DNA of 37,454 nucleotides from a virus (Duplodnaviria; Heunggongvirae; Uroviricota; Caudoviricetes): IMG/VR virus record IMGVR_UViG_2531839195_000016, positions 1 to 37,454 of that record; one strand, 5' to 3'. Shown piece by piece: positions 1 to 10,033 of this stretch (position 1 is its first letter; each line of letters starts with the position of its first letter). The notes under the pieces were generated by a model. It saw only the letters and a program-made list of their open reading frames with translations, ran no database searches and was not told where the DNA came from. The position numbers and the translations under genes were made by a program.

Positions 1-114
1 ATAAAACCGGGTGATGCAAAAGTAGCCATTTGATTCACAAGGCCATTGACGCATCGCCCGGTTAGTTTTAACCTTGTCCACCGTGATTCACGTTCGTGAA
101 CATGTCCTTTCAGG

Positions 115-190
115 GCCGATATAGCTCAGTTGGTAGAGCAGCGCATTCGTAATGCGAAGGTCGTAGGTTCGACTCCTATTATCGGCACCA
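115..190 (+). tRNA. thrW: tRNA-Thr, anticodon CGU
   Basis: 76-nt cloverleaf read directly: acceptor stem GCCGATA/TATCGGC, D-arm AGCTCAGTTGGTAGAGC, anticodon loop TTCGTAA (anticodon CGT), T-arm GGTTCGACTCC, encoded CCA end. Integrase gene lies immediately 3'. Confidence 0.9.
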
Positions 191-204
191 TTTAAATCAA
201 TAAG

Positions 205-1364
205 TTACCTCGCATTTAAGTAAACCACGTTCTCCTCTTGTGCCGTATTTGTGCCATTGCGACTTATAATCGCATCGATTTTGCTTGCGTGCTCGGTGAG
301 ATGCCCGGCTGAAAGGTGGGCGTATCTTTGAACCATTTCGAGAGTTTCCCATCCTCCCATCTCTTTAAGTGCAAGAAGAGAGACACCGGACTGAACCAGC
401 CAGCTTGCCCAGGTATGCCTCAGATCATGGAAGCGGAAGTTGCTAATGCCTGCCCGCTTTAACGCTCCCTTCCATGCCTTGTTGCTGTCGGTTCTCATCT
501 TCCTTACCGCTGCTGTTTTTGTTCCGTCGCTTCGGTAGGCAGGTTTGGTGTGGACAAATACCCATCTCTTATGGAGCCCCTGCTGTTTTCTTAATATCTG
601 GCATGCGGTTTCGTTAAGAGGAACTCCGATCGCATTGCCAGCTTTTGTTTCATCAGGGTGCATCCATGCCATTTTCTTATCCAGATCGACCTGTGACCAC
701 TCAAGGTCTGTAACGTTGGAACGGCGAAGGCCTGTCGTGATTGCAAACATGACCACAGGGAAGAAGTGAGGAGCAATTTCTGCAAACAGGCGCTTCGATT
801 CCTCCTCTGTAAGCCATCTGATGCGTCCATTCTTAACGCGTGGTGTTGATATTTTGGGTGCCCTGTCAAGCCATCCCCATTCAACAGCCATATTGAGAAT
901 GGCGCGAAGTATTGCCAGATGCCTCGTCTTCGTTCCTTTGCTTGCAAGCTTTGGTTTATACTCCGGCACCGGATTGCCAAGTCGCAAACACCTGTCCCGG
1001 CTCATCTCCCAGTTCAGGCGATGGCGGCGGTTTTCCATCCCGTCTACCGCCTCCATTATTTTTCTGTTGTTATGTCAGAGAGAATGGCTTCTCTGAAGTG
1101 CAACATCCAGAACGATATAATGCTCTTGTCATCATCAATGGACTTCTTATCCGATTTCTCACGCAGCCACCGTATGCAGGCTTCCTTGAATAGCTTTTTC
1201 GGTGATTCCCCGAGATTTTTTACTCTCCACGCTTCTGCTTTCAGACGATCGTGAAGTTCTTGCGCTTGCCTTTTGTCCGATGTTTCAAGAGAGCGTCTAA
1301 CTCTTGATCCATCTGGCGCGACGAAATCGCAGTGCCACGTGCCACCGCGTAGTTTGATTGACAT
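205..1364 (-). CDS. int: Tyrosine integrase (P22-type), frameshifted as sequenced: N-terminal ORF 1056..1364 and C-terminal ORF 205..1056
   Basis: The two ORFs together give a ~385-aa integrase with the catalytic region FRFHDLRHTWASWLVQSGV...RYAHL. The junction is GAAAAATAATGGAG on the coding strand (T5 run at ~1059-1063 on + strand); one extra A restores ...DITTEK-IMEAVDG... in a single frame. Confidence 0.85.
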
Positions 1365-1588
1365 GCTTTAACCTCCTGCACATCAACCGCATTCACCGCG
1401 CTATTGTGTCTCACAGACTTAAGCGCCGCAATGCAGTCTGACTTGCAAATGCGATATGGGCTTTTAGGTTTATCTGGATTTATCTTTGCGGCCTGAAGTC
1501 GTCCACTTCGTATCCACTGCGTGATAGTGCCTTTGTCTACCTTCAGATACGACGCTGCCTCTTCACGAGTGAAGATTTCTTCTTCCAC
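1241..1588 (-). CDS. xis: Excisionase (Xis), P22-type
   Basis: 115-aa ORF directly upstream of int and overlapping its 5' end; N-terminal DNA-binding motif TREEAASYLKVDKGTITQWIRSG. Start appears to be GTG. Confidence 0.6.
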   Translation of the reverse strand: MEEEIFTREEAASYLKVDKGTITQWIRSGRLQAAKINPDKPKSPYRICKSDCIAALKSVRHNSAVNAVDVQEVKACQSNYAVARGTAISSRQMDQELDALLKHRTKGKRKNFTIV

Positions 1589-1674
1589 CTGGAATCTCCA
1601 TTTATTGGATTGGTATTATTGCGGTAGGTCTGGATATCATTGAGCAATGAACAGGCCTCATCGAGTGTGAGGCG

Positions 1675-2019
1675 TTAGTCCTTGCGTAGCTCGCTGATTC
1701 TTCTGTAAGTCTCTGGTGCTTTGTTCCCGTACGTCTTCATTTCAGACTTCAACAGAGCAACGAGTGAATCCCATTCGTTGAGGATTCCTTTGAATGCCGG
1801 AACGCGCTTTGCAACCTTGTCGAATGAATCTCTGATTTCTGGAATCTGCTCAACAAGTGCAACGCATCGCCGGAAATCGGCTGCGTCATGTGGAGCACCG
1901 AAGCTATGACCATAGATATTCTTTTTCAGTCCACATGCGATTGAGGCAAGAGTTGCGCTACTGATGCCGACATCGTCAGTCGATTGCCATTTCAAAACCT
2001 TCATAGCCAAATCTGACAT
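1675..2019 (-). CDS. Hypothetical protein (accessory ea-region)
   Basis: 114-aa ORF in the same orientation as the pL operon; no recognisable motif. Confidence 0.45.
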   Translation of the reverse strand: MSDLAMKVLKWQSTDDVGISSATLASIACGLKKNIYGHSFGAPHDAADFRRCVALVEQIPEIRDSFDKVAKRVPAFKGILNEWDSLVALLKSEMKTYGNKAPETYRRISELRKD

Positions 2020-2118
2020 TTCTTGTCTCCAATAAAAACCGCCATCAGGCGGCTTGGTGTTCTTTCAATTCTTCAATTCGAATATTGGTTACATTGTTTT
2101 CATATATGAATAAATAAA

Positions 2119-2297
2119 TTAGCTTTTTTCGTTGCCTTCGCGTTCTTTATTAATTTTGACAAACTCGTTTTTACCACGCTCTCCAAATGCGTCTTTAGAG
2201 TCGTTGTATCCGCAATCGCAGCACACATAATCACCAGACCATCCACGCATTGTTTTTCTTTTGCAATATTTCCAGAACCGCATTTTGGACAAGACAT
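2119..2297 (-). CDS. Small zinc-ribbon protein (CPKC...CCDC), frameshifted as sequenced
   Basis: GGAGG then ATG; MSCPKCGSGNIAKEK continues in the -1 frame as TMRGWSGDYVCCDCGYNDSKDAFGERGKNEFVKINKEREGNEKS, giving a two-CxxC zinc ribbon. The break is at a T5 run (~2253-2257 on + strand), i.e. A5 on the coding strand. Confidence 0.5.
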
Positions 2298-2393
2298 ATC
2301 ACTACCTCCAAAGCATGAGTGAGATGACAACGTAACATTGATTGGAGATTAACAATAGATTGCTGATGTAAAAGATATGTATAAGCTTCGCTT

Positions 2394-3323
2394 TCAAAGT
2401 GGAGGCTCTGGTAGCGGCATCCAGTGGGTTACATTGCTAATCAGACCATATTCATTAGTTTGAGGATGGTTGCCGTTATCGTCTCCGTATTTAAGACTCT
2501 CCATAAAACCATAATGCTTATTCCCATTAACGCTCACAAAGCCGTAATAAGCTGGTATAACGCCGATCTCACACGTAATCAGCAAAGGAAAACTAGTTCT
2601 CCAATTTAGCTCGCCGATTACAGGCATTCTCTCACTACAGCTTATCCAACCATCCGGAGTTACCGGAACTTGCGGAATGGCTGTCTGCTCTCGAACGTCA
2701 TTAGGCGCGATAGGTTCTGCTGCCAACTGACTGGCATATTTGTTAATGGTAACGATAAGCTCTTGCTCAGCCTCATCCAGACAATCACCGATACCTCGCC
2801 TGTCACCGTCAAAATCATCGAAATCGGCACGAATCTTGGCAACCTTCTGGATTGCGGACAACACCTCACTAGGAATTACCGGATAGTTGGTTGACGTTTC
2901 CGCGATTTCACGAAAATTATTGGTTGACGAATTCTTGTTTTCCCGAAAGTTTCCGGACTGAAGCATGGCTGCGCGATAGGCGTTCCAGCCGACAGCTTTT
3001 CCGTGTTCAAACGCGCTGTCAAAGTCATCATCCATTTCCATCGCATCAGGCACAGATACCGTCTCTGGAGGGGCGGCGTAAAGCGGAGTTACGGTAATTT
3101 CGTACTCGTTTATATCCTCGTCGCTGATATTTGCGAAATAGCGAAGGATGCCTTTCTCTCCACGACTACGAGCGTCAGAGTCCTGAATGATATACGCCAC
3201 AGGCTCTGCTTCCAGCGATGCCAGCGCAATTCGTGCCAGTTCCATTTGTTCGCCACGAGTAAGCCCGTTTTCAAGCGGATTTTTAATGAACAATTCAATA
3301 CGTTCTTTGGTAATAGTGGTCAT
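2394..3323 (-). CDS. DUF551-domain protein
   Basis: 309-aa ORF ending ...GLISNVTHWMPLPEPPL, the conserved C-terminal DUF551 signature of lambdoid accessory proteins. Confidence 0.6.
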   Translation of the reverse strand: MTTITKERIELFIKNPLENGLTRGEQMELARIALASLEAEPVAYIIQDSDARSRGEKGILRYFANISDEDINEYEITVTPLYAAPPETVSVPDAMEMDDDFDSAFEHGKAVGWNAYRAAMLQSGNFRENKNSSTNNFREIAETSTNYPVIPSEVLSAIQKVAKIRADFDDFDGDRRGIGDCLDEAEQELIVTINKYASQLAAEPIAPNDVREQTAIPQVPVTPDGWISCSERMPVIGELNWRTSFPLLITCEIGVIPAYYGFVSVNGNKHYGFMESLKYGDDNGNHPQTNEYGLISNVTHWMPLPEPPL

Positions 3324-3325
3324 AG

Positions 3326-3517
3326 CTATTTCACCTTAATCTCAATATTTCGCAGCTTTAGCTCTACTGGCAGGTCTGACTTTCCTGTTAACGCTAATGC
3401 GAGATTTTCTGGAGTAATGAGAGCAGTTATTGTTTTCCCCATCGCCAGACGAATAATCAGTCGTATCTCGCGATCGTCACATGCTCCTGGTCGAACAATT
3501 GATATTTGTCCGTCCAT
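3326..3517 (-). CDS. Hypothetical small protein
   Basis: 63-aa ORF packed tightly between neighbouring genes in the same orientation. Confidence 0.3.
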   Translation of the reverse strand: MDGQISIVRPGACDDREIRLIIRLAMGKTITALITPENLALALTGKSDLPVELKLRNIEIKVK

Positions 3518-3518
3518 C

Positions 3519-4148
3519 TCACTCTCCTTTGATGCGAATGCCAGCGGCGCGGATTGCAGCGATGACCTCAGAAACTTTGTATGCCATTACCGTTTGGTAA
3601 TCATCGTGAAAATCTGTTCGATGAAGCATGCTGCTACGTTCCGGGAGCAGTATTCCCCGCTCCCCCAGTTCTGCTATGCGATTCTCTGCGGATTCCAGCG
3701 CCGCAACCAATTCGTCTACAGTTCCGGCAGCTTGCAGTGCGTAATCGGTAATAGCCATCTCATGATCAATTTCAGTACCGTTCTCATTCGTTGAGGTGAT
3801 AGCAAAATAATCAGAGTCGATTTCGTTATCAGCTAAGTGGCGTAGCGTATCGGCAACAAGCCGGCCGTTTTCGATTAGCAGCTTCCCTACCGTTAGCGCA
3901 ATATCCTCGTTCTCCTGGTCGCGGGATTTGATGTATTGCTGATTCCTTACCCGTTCATCCAGTAGTGCCAGCACGGTTTCTGGTCCGGCCAGAAATTTGA
4001 AGGCGTTGAGCGCATCAATATCCACACCGTAATCTTTAAGTTCCTGTTCACTTAACAAATCATCAGCTGGCAACATTAACAGGCGTTCCATTGCTGGAAT
4101 TGCACGTTCCGCCGCCTCACGCAGTGCCTGATAGTTAATTTCGCTCAC
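3519..4148 (-). CDS. Ead/Ea22-like accessory protein (putative)
   Basis: 209-aa acidic protein beginning [14 protein letters not shown]; resemblance to Ead/Ea22-like prophage proteins is from memory only. Its start overlaps the upstream gene's stop (ATGA). Confidence 0.45.
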   Translation of the reverse strand: MSEINYQALREAAERAIPAMERLLMLPADDLLSEQELKDYGVDIDALNAFKFLAGPETVLALLDERVRNQQYIKSRDQENEDIALTVGKLLIENGRLVADTLRHLADNEIDSDYFAITSTNENGTEIDHEMAITDYALQAAGTVDELVAALESAENRIAELGERGILLPERSSMLHRTDFHDDYQTVMAYKVSEVIAAIRAAGIRIKGE

Positions 4149-4738
4149 TGGCCGCCTCCTTTGCGAAGCTGGGCGGCGAACTCGTTAGCCATCGCTGAAT
4201 ATGGGTGCTCATGACCGCCAACAACCTTCATGCTGGCAGCAAACATCTCCACGCCCTGCGCCCGCACTTCATCCAGGAAAGTGTCGGTGGCTGGGGTTTC
4301 TGGAATGGCGTCTGGAATAACCTCTGAGTAGACGCGATCCATTGCCGACTCCCATCCGTAGTAACAAGCCGAATAGCCGTCGCGCTGGTAGCCGTGGTCT
4401 TCAACTCCACATCCCATGCCCTGGTCATGGTATTCAGGCTGATTGTCGGGATTAATGCAGTATTCAATGACCGACTTCATCCCCGCATTCTCCGCCGCCA
4501 GCGCCGAAAACTTCTCGTGTGCCAACTTAACAGCCGCATCAGCCTGCTTAATTGACTCAATCGCTTTCTGGTGGTCTTCGTACAGAGCCGAAATCTTGGC
4601 CTCCGCTTCAGCAAATTTACGCACCAGATATTCAGCGTTTGTTTCGTTAACCTTTAAATCACATGGGATGCATTTACCTTTCAGAAAACCATCCATCTCA
4701 ATTAGTGACATTTGTTTCATTTCTTCCCACTCCGCCAC
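4145..4738 (-). CDS. Ead/Ea22-like accessory protein (putative)
   Basis: 197-aa ORF with a coiled-coil-like N-terminus and Cys/His-rich middle; lies in the ea region. Confidence 0.4.
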   Translation of the reverse strand: MAEWEEMKQMSLIEMDGFLKGKCIPCDLKVNETNAEYLVRKFAEAEAKISALYEDHQKAIESIKQADAAVKLAHEKFSALAAENAGMKSVIEYCINPDNQPEYHDQGMGCGVEDHGYQRDGYSACYYGWESAMDRVYSEVIPDAIPETPATDTFLDEVRAQGVEMFAASMKVVGGHEHPYSAMANEFAAQLRKGGGQ

Positions 4739-4899
4739 ATAGCATTCAGATATTTGTTGTCATTAACAGAACCGAAACTCTTTCTCTTAAGTAATTCCTC
4801 TCTCGATGGCATTGGCTTTACGCGTTGGCGAATAATCATTTCTGCCGGAAGAATGCCGGGATTGTATGCAAGTCCTCTCATGGTAAATTCCTCAGTCAT
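4717..4899 (-). CDS. Hypothetical small protein
   Basis: ATG (MTEEFTMRG...) overlaps the stop of the upstream ORF as ATGACTGA, suggesting translational coupling; the longer track ORF 4717..5031 is probably an over-extension. Confidence 0.3.
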   Translation of the reverse strand: MTEEFTMRGLAYNPGILPAEMIIRQRVKPMPSREELLKRKSFGSVNDNKYLNAMWRSGKK

Positions 4900-5185
4900 T
4901 ACTGATAGCGCCATAGCGTGAGCGGTAATTACGCAGGCGCGGGTCAATTTCAGGGAAGTGGGTATATGTGGCTTTGCGGAATGGTCGGATTGATGTCTGG
5001 TAAATTCGCTCGAGTTCTTCTTTCTCTGCAAGCCATATACAGTGGCGAAATTCCTTTTCCTCTTTCGTTTCCTGCGGTAGCGACATTATCCGATCGTAGT
5101 TTTTTCTGAATTTATCCAGCACCTCCGATACGGAATTGCCGGAACAGCGGCGTGGGTCATCCGCACCATACAGAGGCGCTGGCAT
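4892..5185 (-). CDS. Hypothetical protein
   Basis: 97-aa ORF in operon orientation. Confidence 0.4.
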   Translation of the reverse strand: MPAPLYGADDPRRCSGNSVSEVLDKFRKNYDRIMSLPQETKEEKEFRHCIWLAEKEELERIYQTSIRPFRKATYTHFPEIDPRLRNYRSRYGAISND

Positions 5186-5208
5186 AATGGAATCCTTATG
5201 TTGCTACT

Positions 5209-5590
5209 TTAGAAGGGAATTGAATCGTCGTATTCAGGATGATTTTGATGATTGCTACTTTGCTGCTGTTGGCTGTTTCCTGAAGTTGCAAATCCAATCT
5301 TTGCATTCAGTAATTCAAGAGTGATTGATTGTCCATTTTGCCCCTGATAAACATCAACCCTGATGTTTTCTCCGGTAATTTCCACAATGCCACCTTCAAC
5401 AAGAACACTACGGTAGTAATCCGCTTGCGCTCGGCTTGGCAAATACAACGGCGCTGTAGTTTGTCCATTCTTTCTTTTTTGTCTGGCGATCGTAATACTG
5501 AACGCCAGCACGGATGTTGAATCCGATATTTTCCCCGGCCTGAAACTCTCTTGCGGGCTTGTTTAGTCTTACAGTAATCGAATGTGCCAT
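5209..5590 (-). CDS. ssb: Single-stranded DNA-binding protein-like, apparently frameshifted (ORFs 5408..5680 and 5209..5511)
   Basis: C-terminal ORF ends ...PEYDDSIPF, the SSB acidic-tail signature; N-terminal frame has ...EWTNYSAVVFAK resembling the SSB EW..VV.FGK strand. ATG at 5590 overlaps the erf stop (TAATG). The two frames differ by +1, so this break is not the same type as the A-run contractions. Confidence 0.45.
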
Positions 5591-6195
5591 TAAGCAGCCG
5601 CTCCTTCTAATTCGTCTCGTCTGATGTTGTAAATGTCCTGCGCTTTGTGCTGCTCCGGTGTGCCTTCGAGCATCTTCCACGCTTTGGCGAACGCCTGTTT
5701 AAGCTCTTCCACGGTGTTTTTCTGCAATGCTGCGTCAGTGAATGCTTTTAGAACCTGTTCAGGTGTAGGTGATGGTTTTGATTGCTTTGCTGCTGCGTTC
5801 TGCTGATGTTTATGCTCGTCGGTATCTGCATCTTTCGCATCATCAATGCCGAACAAACCATTGAGGCAATACTTGCGTGCATAAGAGCTTGTGGCTCCCG
5901 TAACTTGTGCAGAATCCATTCCTTTCTTGCTTTCTTCCTCTCGTGCAAGAGCGGTTGCCGTATGACTGTTTTCGCCATCGGTAATAGTTGCCGTGGCTTT
6001 CACGTAATACCGATCACCAATCAACACAACTTCATCGCTGATTGATAAAAACAGACCATTCAGTAACGGCTTAACGCCTTCAAGAATGTCTTCGCAGCTT
6101 CTGTATTTATATTTACCGAATGAGTTGTACTGGTTCTTTGGCGCGTTCAAGTTCTCCTGAATAGCTGCCAGTCTTGCGTAAAATTCTTTGCTCAT
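5590..6195 (-). CDS. erf: Erf single-strand annealing recombinase (P22-type)
   Basis: MSKEFYARLAAIQENLNAPKNQYNSFGKYKYRSCEDILEGVKPLL... matches my recollection of P22 Erf; start placed at MSKEFY rather than the first in-frame ATG of the track ORF. Confidence 0.8.
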   Translation of the reverse strand: MSKEFYARLAAIQENLNAPKNQYNSFGKYKYRSCEDILEGVKPLLNGLFLSISDEVVLIGDRYYVKATATITDGENSHTATALAREEESKKGMDSAQVTGATSSYARKYCLNGLFGIDDAKDADTDEHKHQQNAAAKQSKPSPTPEQVLKAFTDAALQKNTVEELKQAFAKAWKMLEGTPEQHKAQDIYNIRRDELEGAAA

Positions 6196-6238
6196 ATGTT
6201 TGTTCTCAGAATGGGCATGGCCCAAGGAAATAACGCTG

Positions 6239-6376
6239 ATTTAATACTTCGACTCGGGACAAATTAAGGCATACCCGCATTCCTTCGCGGTCGCCATTAT
6301 GGCGATACCAGAGAGCTTTCTGCGTGTACATGCGTCTCTGTAACTTGCTCTCCTTCACTGTGGTTGCAAGTGACAT
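6239..6376 (-). CDS. Small ORF (45 aa), hypothetical
   Basis: ATG preceded by AAGGAG with a 6-nt spacer; overlaps the 6297..6455 ORF in another frame, so both may not be real. Confidence 0.25.
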
Positions 6377-6455
6377 GAATATCTCCTTCGTTACCGATTA
6401 ATTCTTTCATCTGACGAATGAATTCTTCGTCTGACCAGTTATCTGTAAAACTCAT
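6297..6455 (-). CDS. Small ORF (52 aa), hypothetical
   Basis: ATG overlaps the kil stop (ATGA), suggesting translational coupling. Confidence 0.3.
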   Translation of the reverse strand: MSFTDNWSDEEFIRQMKELIGNEGDIHVTCNHSEGEQVTETHVHAESSLVSP

Positions 6456-6604
6456 TTCCTGCGATACCACGGAATATTGATAGCTGATTTCATCGCTTTA
6501 TTTGCTTCAAGCCACATTTTTGAATCACCAATAAATCTGGCTATTACTGCTTTGTTTTGTGCTGCACGAAGCATCTGGTGATTGATGGCTATTTCATTGC
6601 GCAT
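6452..6604 (-). CDS. kil: Kil-like host-killing protein
   Basis: 50-aa ORF with GGAGG Shine-Dalgarno; ...QNKAVIARFIGDSKMWLEANKAMKS resembles lambda Kil ...FTIATFIGDEKMFREAVDAYKK (recalled). Confidence 0.55.
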   Translation of the reverse strand: MRNEIAINHQMLRAAQNKAVIARFIGDSKMWLEANKAMKSAINIPWYRRK

Positions 6605-6723
6605 AACGCCTCCAGTTGTTTCTTTGCTGCACTGATTAATTGTTTAACTCGGCGTGATAATTCAGATTCGTGCGGGTAGAAAGCGGACATGACGCCGCTA
6701 CCCGCGAGCTGAAAGTGCATCAT
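6589..6723 (-). CDS. cIII: CIII-like protein
   Basis: 44-aa ORF, AAGGAG Shine-Dalgarno; MHFQLAGSGVMSAFYPHESELSRRVKQL parallels lambda CIII MQYAIAGWPVAGCPSESLLERITRKL (recalled); sits immediately upstream of kil as in lambda. Confidence 0.5.
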   Translation of the reverse strand: MMHFQLAGSGVMSAFYPHESELSRRVKQLISAAKKQLEALCAMK

Positions 6724-6789
6724 GGATAACTCCTTCTGTTTGATTGCATAACGAAAACGCCTCGAGTGAAGCGTTATTGGTATGCATAT

Positions 6790-6813
6790 AAAAAAGCCCT
6801 CATACTGGAGGGC
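6790..6813 (-). terminator. Rho-independent terminator (leftward operon)
   Basis: On the minus strand GCCCTC-cagtat-GAGGGC followed by TTTTTT, downstream of the 6918..7388 gene. Confidence 0.5.
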
Positions 6814-6917
6814 AAAGAAGATTTCAAATAATCAGAACAAGTCGGCTCCTGTTTAGTTACGAGCGACATTGCTCCGTGTATTCACTCGTTGGAATGAATA
6901 CACAGTGCTTACTCGTA

Positions 6918-7388
6918 CTAATAAAATACCCAATTTTCTGTTTCTTGGTTGTGCCCAAAGTTATATTCAATATCTGGTGTTGATGTATCAATATTCTTCA
7001 TCCCATCAACAAGAGTTGATACAACAGCCAAATCCTGTTTGATTCTCATTAAATGGTATTTCTTCCGGCGCAATAAACTTTCAATGGCAAGTTTCTTCGT
7101 TGGGAATGCAAAAGATCTTTCTGCATTTTTTGCTACTTTCTTAATTGCATATCTATTTCTCTTTTGTTTCCATTCCTGTAACCACTGATTTGGTGCTGGT
7201 TTAAAATTAACAATCCAATGCGCAGGAACCAACCATGCATAATGCTCTGTCTGATGAAAAGCTATATATTGAAGTGCGAATATTTTGATTCCATCTTCTT
7301 CAACTGTCGCCTGGAATCTCCAGAAAACAGGCATTCCATCATGTTCAGTTTCTGATTCAGGAAAAGGTACGCTCCATGATTTTGTCAT
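6918..7388 (-). CDS. Hypothetical protein in the ral/sieB position downstream of N
   Basis: 156-aa ORF, GAGGTGA Shine-Dalgarno, AT-rich compared with flanking genes, followed by its own terminator; no recognisable motif. Confidence 0.5.
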   Translation of the reverse strand: MTKSWSVPFPESETEHDGMPVFWRFQATVEEDGIKIFALQYIAFHQTEHYAWLVPAHWIVNFKPAPNQWLQEWKQKRNRYAIKKVAKNAERSFAFPTKKLAIESLLRRKKYHLMRIKQDLAVVSTLVDGMKNIDTSTPDIEYNFGHNQETENWVFY

Positions 7389-7396
7389 ATCTCACC

Positions 7397-7723
7397 TCAA
7401 ATAAGTGGCTTGCTGCCTAATTTCATTTTCTGGCGACCAACACAAGTCACACCCATTTCACTGCGTGGCTTGCTGTACCATGTGCGCTGATTCTTGCGCT
7501 CAATACGTTGCAGGTTGCTTTCAATCTGTTCGTGGTATTCAGCCAGCACCGTAAGGTCTATCGGATTCAGTGCGCTTTCTACTCGTGATTTCGGTTTGCG
7601 ATTCAGCGAGAGAATAGGGCGGTTAACTGGTTTTGCGCTTACCCCAACCAACAGGGGATTTGCTGCTTTCCATTGAGCCTGTTTCTCTGCGCGACGTTCG
7701 CGGCGGCGTGTTTGTGCATCCAT
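7397..7723 (-). CDS. N: Antitermination protein N (lambda-type)
   Basis: MDAQTRRRERRAEKQAQWKAANPLLVGVSAKPVNRPILSLNRKPKSRVESALNPIDLTVLAEYH... with the arginine-rich boxB-binding motif at the N-terminus; GGAG Shine-Dalgarno. Start placed at MDAQ rather than the upstream in-frame codon of the track ORF. Confidence 0.85.
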   Translation of the reverse strand: MDAQTRRRERRAEKQAQWKAANPLLVGVSAKPVNRPILSLNRKPKSRVESALNPIDLTVLAEYHEQIESNLQRIERKNQRTWYSKPRSEMGVTCVGRQKMKLGSKPLI

Positions 7724-7895
7724 CTTGATTCTCCTGTCAGTTAGCTTTGGTGGTGTGGTAGGTGGGAGACCCATTTCGACCTGCTTCGGCCGACTTCAAT
7801 TCGGCAATAGTTCCGCAGGCCTCGCCGCTTTACGTGCGACATATTCCCATCCATGAACCCTTCACCACACCCCAAAGCCTTCTGCTTTGAATGCT

Positions 7896-7925
7896 GCCCT
7901 TCTTCAGGGCTTAATTTTTAAGAGC
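7896..7925 (-). promoter_or_regulatory. nutL (boxA + boxB)
   Basis: Minus strand reads GCTCTTAAAAATTAA (boxA-like) followed by GCCCTGAAGAAGGGC (boxB hairpin), between pL and N. Confidence 0.8.
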
Positions 7926-7970
7926 CTCACCTTCATGGTGGTCAGTGCGTCCTGCTGATGGCTTAAAATT

Positions 7971-8037
7971 ACAAGAAAGATTGTATGTTGTAAACAAGAA
8001 ATATTGTAAAAAGGGGCGTAAAAACAAACTCCATTGT
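7971..8037 (-). promoter_or_regulatory. OL operators / pL region, 434-type
   Basis: Three 14-bp sites fitting ACAA-N6-TTGT: ACAAGAAAGATTGT, ACAAGAAATATTGT, ACAAACTCCATTGT. Confidence 0.7.
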
Positions 8038-8203
8038 TTTTAAATGAAAAATAGTTTGTTTTTGGTTATCGAGATTGAGGTGGGGATTACTGGTTGCAGG
8101 TTCCGACTACATCACCAACAAATGATTTGGTTGATGTAAGTTGTTGCATACCTGGGATATTCATTACTTTGGAGTAAAGAGCTTTTTTGTCTGTAGTGAT
8201 TGA

Positions 8204-9439
<1,236 letters not shown>

Positions 9440-9447
9440 GACATTCC

Positions 9448-9479
9448 CGCTCTTACACATCCCAGCCCTGAAAAAGGGC
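9448..9479 (+). promoter_or_regulatory. nutR (boxA CGCTCTTACACA + boxB GCCCTGAAAAAGGGC)
   Basis: Read directly between cro and cII. Confidence 0.75.
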
Positions 9480-9555
9480 ATTACCAGAAACAAATCTCTA
9501 TGGTTTTGCGTTTCTTTGCGAAGCCAACTCTATCTAATCATTAAGGAAATTATCT

Positions 9556-9837
9556 ATGGGTACTATTGCAACTAAAAGCAAGAAAGCGGCTCGCATCGAG
9601 TCAGCCTTGCTGAACAAACTGGCACTGATGGGGCAGAAGACATTCGCTCGAGCAATGGGGGTTCCTGAATATCAGGTAAGCCGATGGAAGAATGGTTTCT
9701 TCTCGCAGGTAAGCATGATGCTTGCTGTTCTGGAATACGGAATCGAAGACGATGAAATGGCTGAATTGACTAAGCGGCTTGCCGATTACCTGACAAAAGA
9801 AAAAGCCCCGAAGAACGGCGAATTCTTCGAGGCCTAA
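9556..9837 (+). CDS. cII: CII-like transcriptional activator
   Basis: ...ARIESALLNKLALMGQKTFARAMGVPEYQVSRWKNGFFSQVSMMLAVLEYGIEDDEMA... parallels lambda CII (ALRIESALLNKIAMLGTEKTAEAVGVDKSQISRWKRDWIPKFSMLLAVLEWGVVDDDMA), recalled. Confidence 0.75.
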   Translation: MGTIATKSKKAARIESALLNKLALMGQKTFARAMGVPEYQVSRWKNGFFSQVSMMLAVLEYGIEDDEMAELTKRLADYLTKEKAPKNGEFFEA

Positions 9838-9871
9838 TGTAGAAAGACTGGATCAATCCACGGGAGTAATT

Positions 9872-10033
9872 ATGACAAAACGTCGTAAGAAATACCAGGA
9901 AAAAGAAGAGATTCGACACCCTGATTCACCTGAGGGATTAGTGGTAGCCGCAGCAAATAACAGGGCGTTCGCAGAGCGCCTTGTTGGTGTTTACAGACTA
10001 GCCAAAGCAGGAGTGAAACATGGGCGTCGTTAA
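9872..10033 (+). CDS. Small basic ORF (53 aa), hypothetical
   Basis: GGGAG then ATG; not in the track because it is under 60 aa; overlaps the O start. Could be non-coding. Confidence 0.25.
   Translation: MTKRRKKYQEKEEIRHPDSPEGLVVAAANNRAFAERLVGVYRLAKAGVKHGRR

Noticed and set aside
191..204. Exact attL core and a matching attR copy
   Set aside because: The junction is clearly at the tRNA 3' end, but without the attR copy (not in this window) the core length cannot be defined.
1056..1058. TAATG stop/start overlap between the two integrase ORFs as genuine translational coupling or programmed frameshifting
   Set aside because: Tyrosine integrases are single polypeptides, the catalytic half alone lacks the N-terminal arm-binding domain, and five other genes show the same A-run lesion.
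3003..3794. 263-aa plus-strand ORF
   Set aside because: Lies antisense across the DUF551 and Ea22-like genes, has no ribosome-binding site and an odd composition; the minus-strand genes form a coherent operon.
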